The translations under genes were made by a program, and so were the position numbers. The notes beneath the pieces are model-generated. The model saw nothing but the letters and a program-made list of their open reading frames with translations. It was not told the origin of the DNA and did not search any database. Below, piece by piece: positions 60,809 through 64,000 of a stretch of DNA of 64,000 nucleotides (position 1 is the stretch's first letter; each line of letters begins with the position of its first letter). The DNA comes from the human T2T-CHM13v2.0 reference genome, Homo sapiens. The stretch is taken from NCBI RefSeq assembly GCF_009914755.1, contig NC_060935.1; one strand, written 5' to 3'.

Positions 60809-63800
60809 CTGTGTGGAAACAAGCAAGTACCAACTCCGTTTGGAGGCAGGAAAGTGAAGAGAAGGGTTAGGGAGGAGAGCACCTCAACTATCCCCAAGGC
60901 TTTCACACCACACCAACATAAGATCTTCTATCTCACGCTCAAGATGTTTTTTTCTGACTTCCTGTCTCCTTTTCTGTGCACTCATTTCCTACGAGTCCCT
61001 CATTCTCTTCCTTAAAAGACCCAAATCATGTACCTGACCTTCTAAATCTGACTTGGGGTGTCTTCTTTCAGGGAGGCCTCTCCTGTTCTGATCACCACAT
61101 CATCCACCCACCCATCCATCCATTCCACGTTTCCTGAGGGCATCCTGTGTGTGCTGGACACCGGAGTTACAACAGGGAACAAGTCTTGGTCTCTGTCCTT
61201 AAGGAGCACCCCATCGAATGGTGCAGACATGGACAAAGTCAGTCACGATCAGTGTGGACTGTGATGCGAGGGAGGAGAGAAACACTCAGATGGCTCCAGA
61301 ATGCCTCTCAACTCTGCAAGTCTGTGTGATGCCCGTGTCCCTTTGATTTACTTTTCTTCAAAATGAATATATTTTAAAATGTATTTACATTTCTTCATTT
61401 CATTAAAAAAGATATCCATAACATAGCTTTACAGCCCTTTTCTCTCCACCACAGGGTGTAGGGGTGATTTCTGAGGAAGTGGCCCCATGGGTGAGGGCCA
61501 TGGTTAGCCCTTGGGGAAGAGAACAGCTTGCATTATGTGATCTGAAGAGTTAACACAGGCAGAGTGCCCACTGGTTTTCAAGAAGCATTACCTGATTAGG
61601 GAGCTGTAAAGGCATCCACAGGTGCCCTGTCTAGCCACAGCCAGGACCACAGTTCCCCACAGTCCCCCGGGCTCCTCTCCTACTGGCACATGCCTCCATC
61701 TAAGAGACAGCATTCACTGAATCCTGCTTCTCCTGAGAGCCGGTGATGATGGGGGTGCCAAGATTCTCAGCGGGAGGTAGCTATGTCTGAAATCCAGGGC
61801 TATATTCTAGCTTGGCCACTGGTCAGAAATTCACGCCATGATGTACTTTTAGTTCTTTCTCTGTCCTGCCATTCTACAGCTGAGACACAGGGTGGCAAGA
61901 AGAACCCTGGGCTGGGAGCCAGGGGGCTCGGGTTCCAGTCCTAGTTCTGCCTGCCTGTGGAGCCTTGGACATGCTGCCTCCCCTTTTTGAGCTGCAGTTT
62001 TGTCCTGTGTTACAGAAGGCTCTTGGCTCCTCTCCCTGCCTCACCAGGGGTCTGAGGATCTAATCCAAGAGGTGGGACAGGGCTTAGAGAAGTTATTAAG
62101 GCCACATGGGGGAAAGCACTGCTATCAGCACATGGGGCATAAGCCAGAAAGCATTTCCAGAGGGTCCCTAGGCTGCTCAGTCAAGAGATCTGCAGGTTTC
62201 AGGATTTACTGGGTATTTACTATGTGCCTGGCAATGTTTTAGGCAAGCTATAAAGGGCTTAGAACATGTACAAGTCTCTGAGGTAAGCACTACTATCATC
62301 TCCACTTTACAGATGAGAAAACTAAGTCACAGATTAAAGTAACTTGCTCAAGGTCACCTGCGCTTGGCAATTCAGCTCCAAGTCTGTGCTCTTAGCCATC
62401 ATGCTACACTGCCTCATAGCTTCCTCTCTGCCAATCAGCTGGGCTCTTGACAGTCTTCACCTTGAAGGGTGCTGAGCTTTGTGTCCAGATGCCAATGAAT
62501 GTCGGACGACAGATGGACTATAGACTCTCGTGCTTACTTATGTCAAGTGACCTGGGTTCTCACCCTAGTTCTTCTAATGATTTGCTATGTAATTTTGAAC
62601 AAGTTTTTGGGCTTGACTTTCTTGGCCGGAATCATCATTTTGATTTCACATGATCTTAGTGAGGCAAGAACAATAAGAGTAACATCCAACATGTACTGAT
62701 TGCTTACCACATGCCAAGAACGGCGTTTAACATTTTACATCACTATCTCATTTAACCTTCCGAACAATCCAGTGAGACTGGCACCATTATGGAGCCTACT
62801 TTACAGATGAGAAAGCTGATGTAAACAGAGGTCCTGGCCAACTCCACCTAGTAGAGTACAGTTGGGATTTGAACCCAAGCAGCTGGACTCAGATAGTTGT
62901 TCTTTATCCCTTATCATATTGCTACTATAACTAAGTCTTTTGGGCTCCACCACCCTACCTTATGATGATATCACAGAACACCATTAAGGTTCCTTCCCAA
63001 GGCTTATTAGCTCTAGTAAGGAAAGTTAACAGAGCCACTCAATTTGGAAGAAATAGTATACAGGCTAATGAGAGAAAAAAATAAGTTCACAGATCTGATA
63101 AAGAAATCATATAAATGTACAAAGAATGCTTCTGAAGCAGCAAGATCTGGAGGTGTCAGTGTCTCTTTACAAATGAAGAAACTAGGGATCAGAGAGCCAG
63201 AACTAGAATTCACATCATCAGACTCCAGGCCAGTGCTCATTTCATTTCGTCAGCTGTCTTGGGAGGCAAATTAAAGGGAGCTTCTGTTTGGTAAAAGTCT
63301 ATTTTACACTGGGCTCTGAGAATGACACTTTCCATACATCACTCTTTGGGTCCCAGGTACACTGGCTACGTAGCTTAAAGTCCAGGGCTCTCTTGGATTT
63401 TGAAGGCAGGTCTCAAACATGCCTGTCATGTGGCTATAAAGTGTCTACGCAAAACACAGATTCTATAATGAGTTGACCCACAGGGCTAGCACAGGCAGGA
63501 GTTTCATAGAAGCACCACCTATGATTTAAAAATAAAATACATGGTTGTTTTTATGGAGCTTCTCATGCCTCTCATCTCCCAATGTGAAATGGGGACACAC
63601 TGGCAAGTTTCCAATCCAGCTTCCTAGAGCAGCTGAGAACAACGGTATCACAGTGAGGAGTTGAGAGACTGGATTGATTCTGGTTTTATTTCTTCCCCTA
63701 ATAGGTGACCTTAGATAAGCCTAAGAATGCTGTAGGGCCTCAGTTTTCTCATCTGAAAAGTGGGTCTAATTTAGCATCCATGCTATCTTCCCCATAGGAT

Positions 63801-64000
63801 CAAATGGGAGAGTAGATGGGGCACTGCTATGGTAAGTAGGAAGTGACGAATAAATACAAGTCAAGGAATAGGCACTTGCTGTGTGCTCACCATGATGTGA
63901 TGACATAAGTGATGAGCACACAGCATCGTCACTTGATGCTCACCATAACCTAAGATATGGGTTGGAGGGCTTTCACCTTGAGGCAAGAGAGCTGAAACTT

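Overview
Human (or very close primate) genomic DNA matching the PHOX2A-CLPB interval (11q13 in human; locus recalled from gene order, not looked up). Both real genes are on the minus strand. PHOX2A coding exon 1 (2406-2622) sits in a CpG island with a TATA-like box, GC boxes and a PHOX2-type homeodomain site next to a GATA site. The last seven coding exons of the mitochondrial AAA+ disaggregase CLPB/SKD3 lie at 51854-60808, all with canonical GT-AG sites and consistent phases. The ~46 kb between them is almost entirely retroelement-derived: ~40 Alus, old L1s, MaLR and ERVL LTRs, a fragmented ERVL gag-pro-pol relic, a pogo-like transposase relic and an AT-rich palindromic minisatellite. It also holds two processed pseudogenes: DOK1 with a 15-bp TSD, and U2AF1 isoform a inserted in an L1 and itself hit by an AluY. 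I found no convincing new biological system. The best leads are tiered CLPB polyadenylation (a PAS inside a perfect hairpin, and a distal UTR full of inverted Alus), in-frame CUG codons upstream of the PHOX2A AUG, and a U2AF1 zinc-finger/AluY chimeric ORF. Repeat boundaries and subfamily names were read by eye and are approximate.
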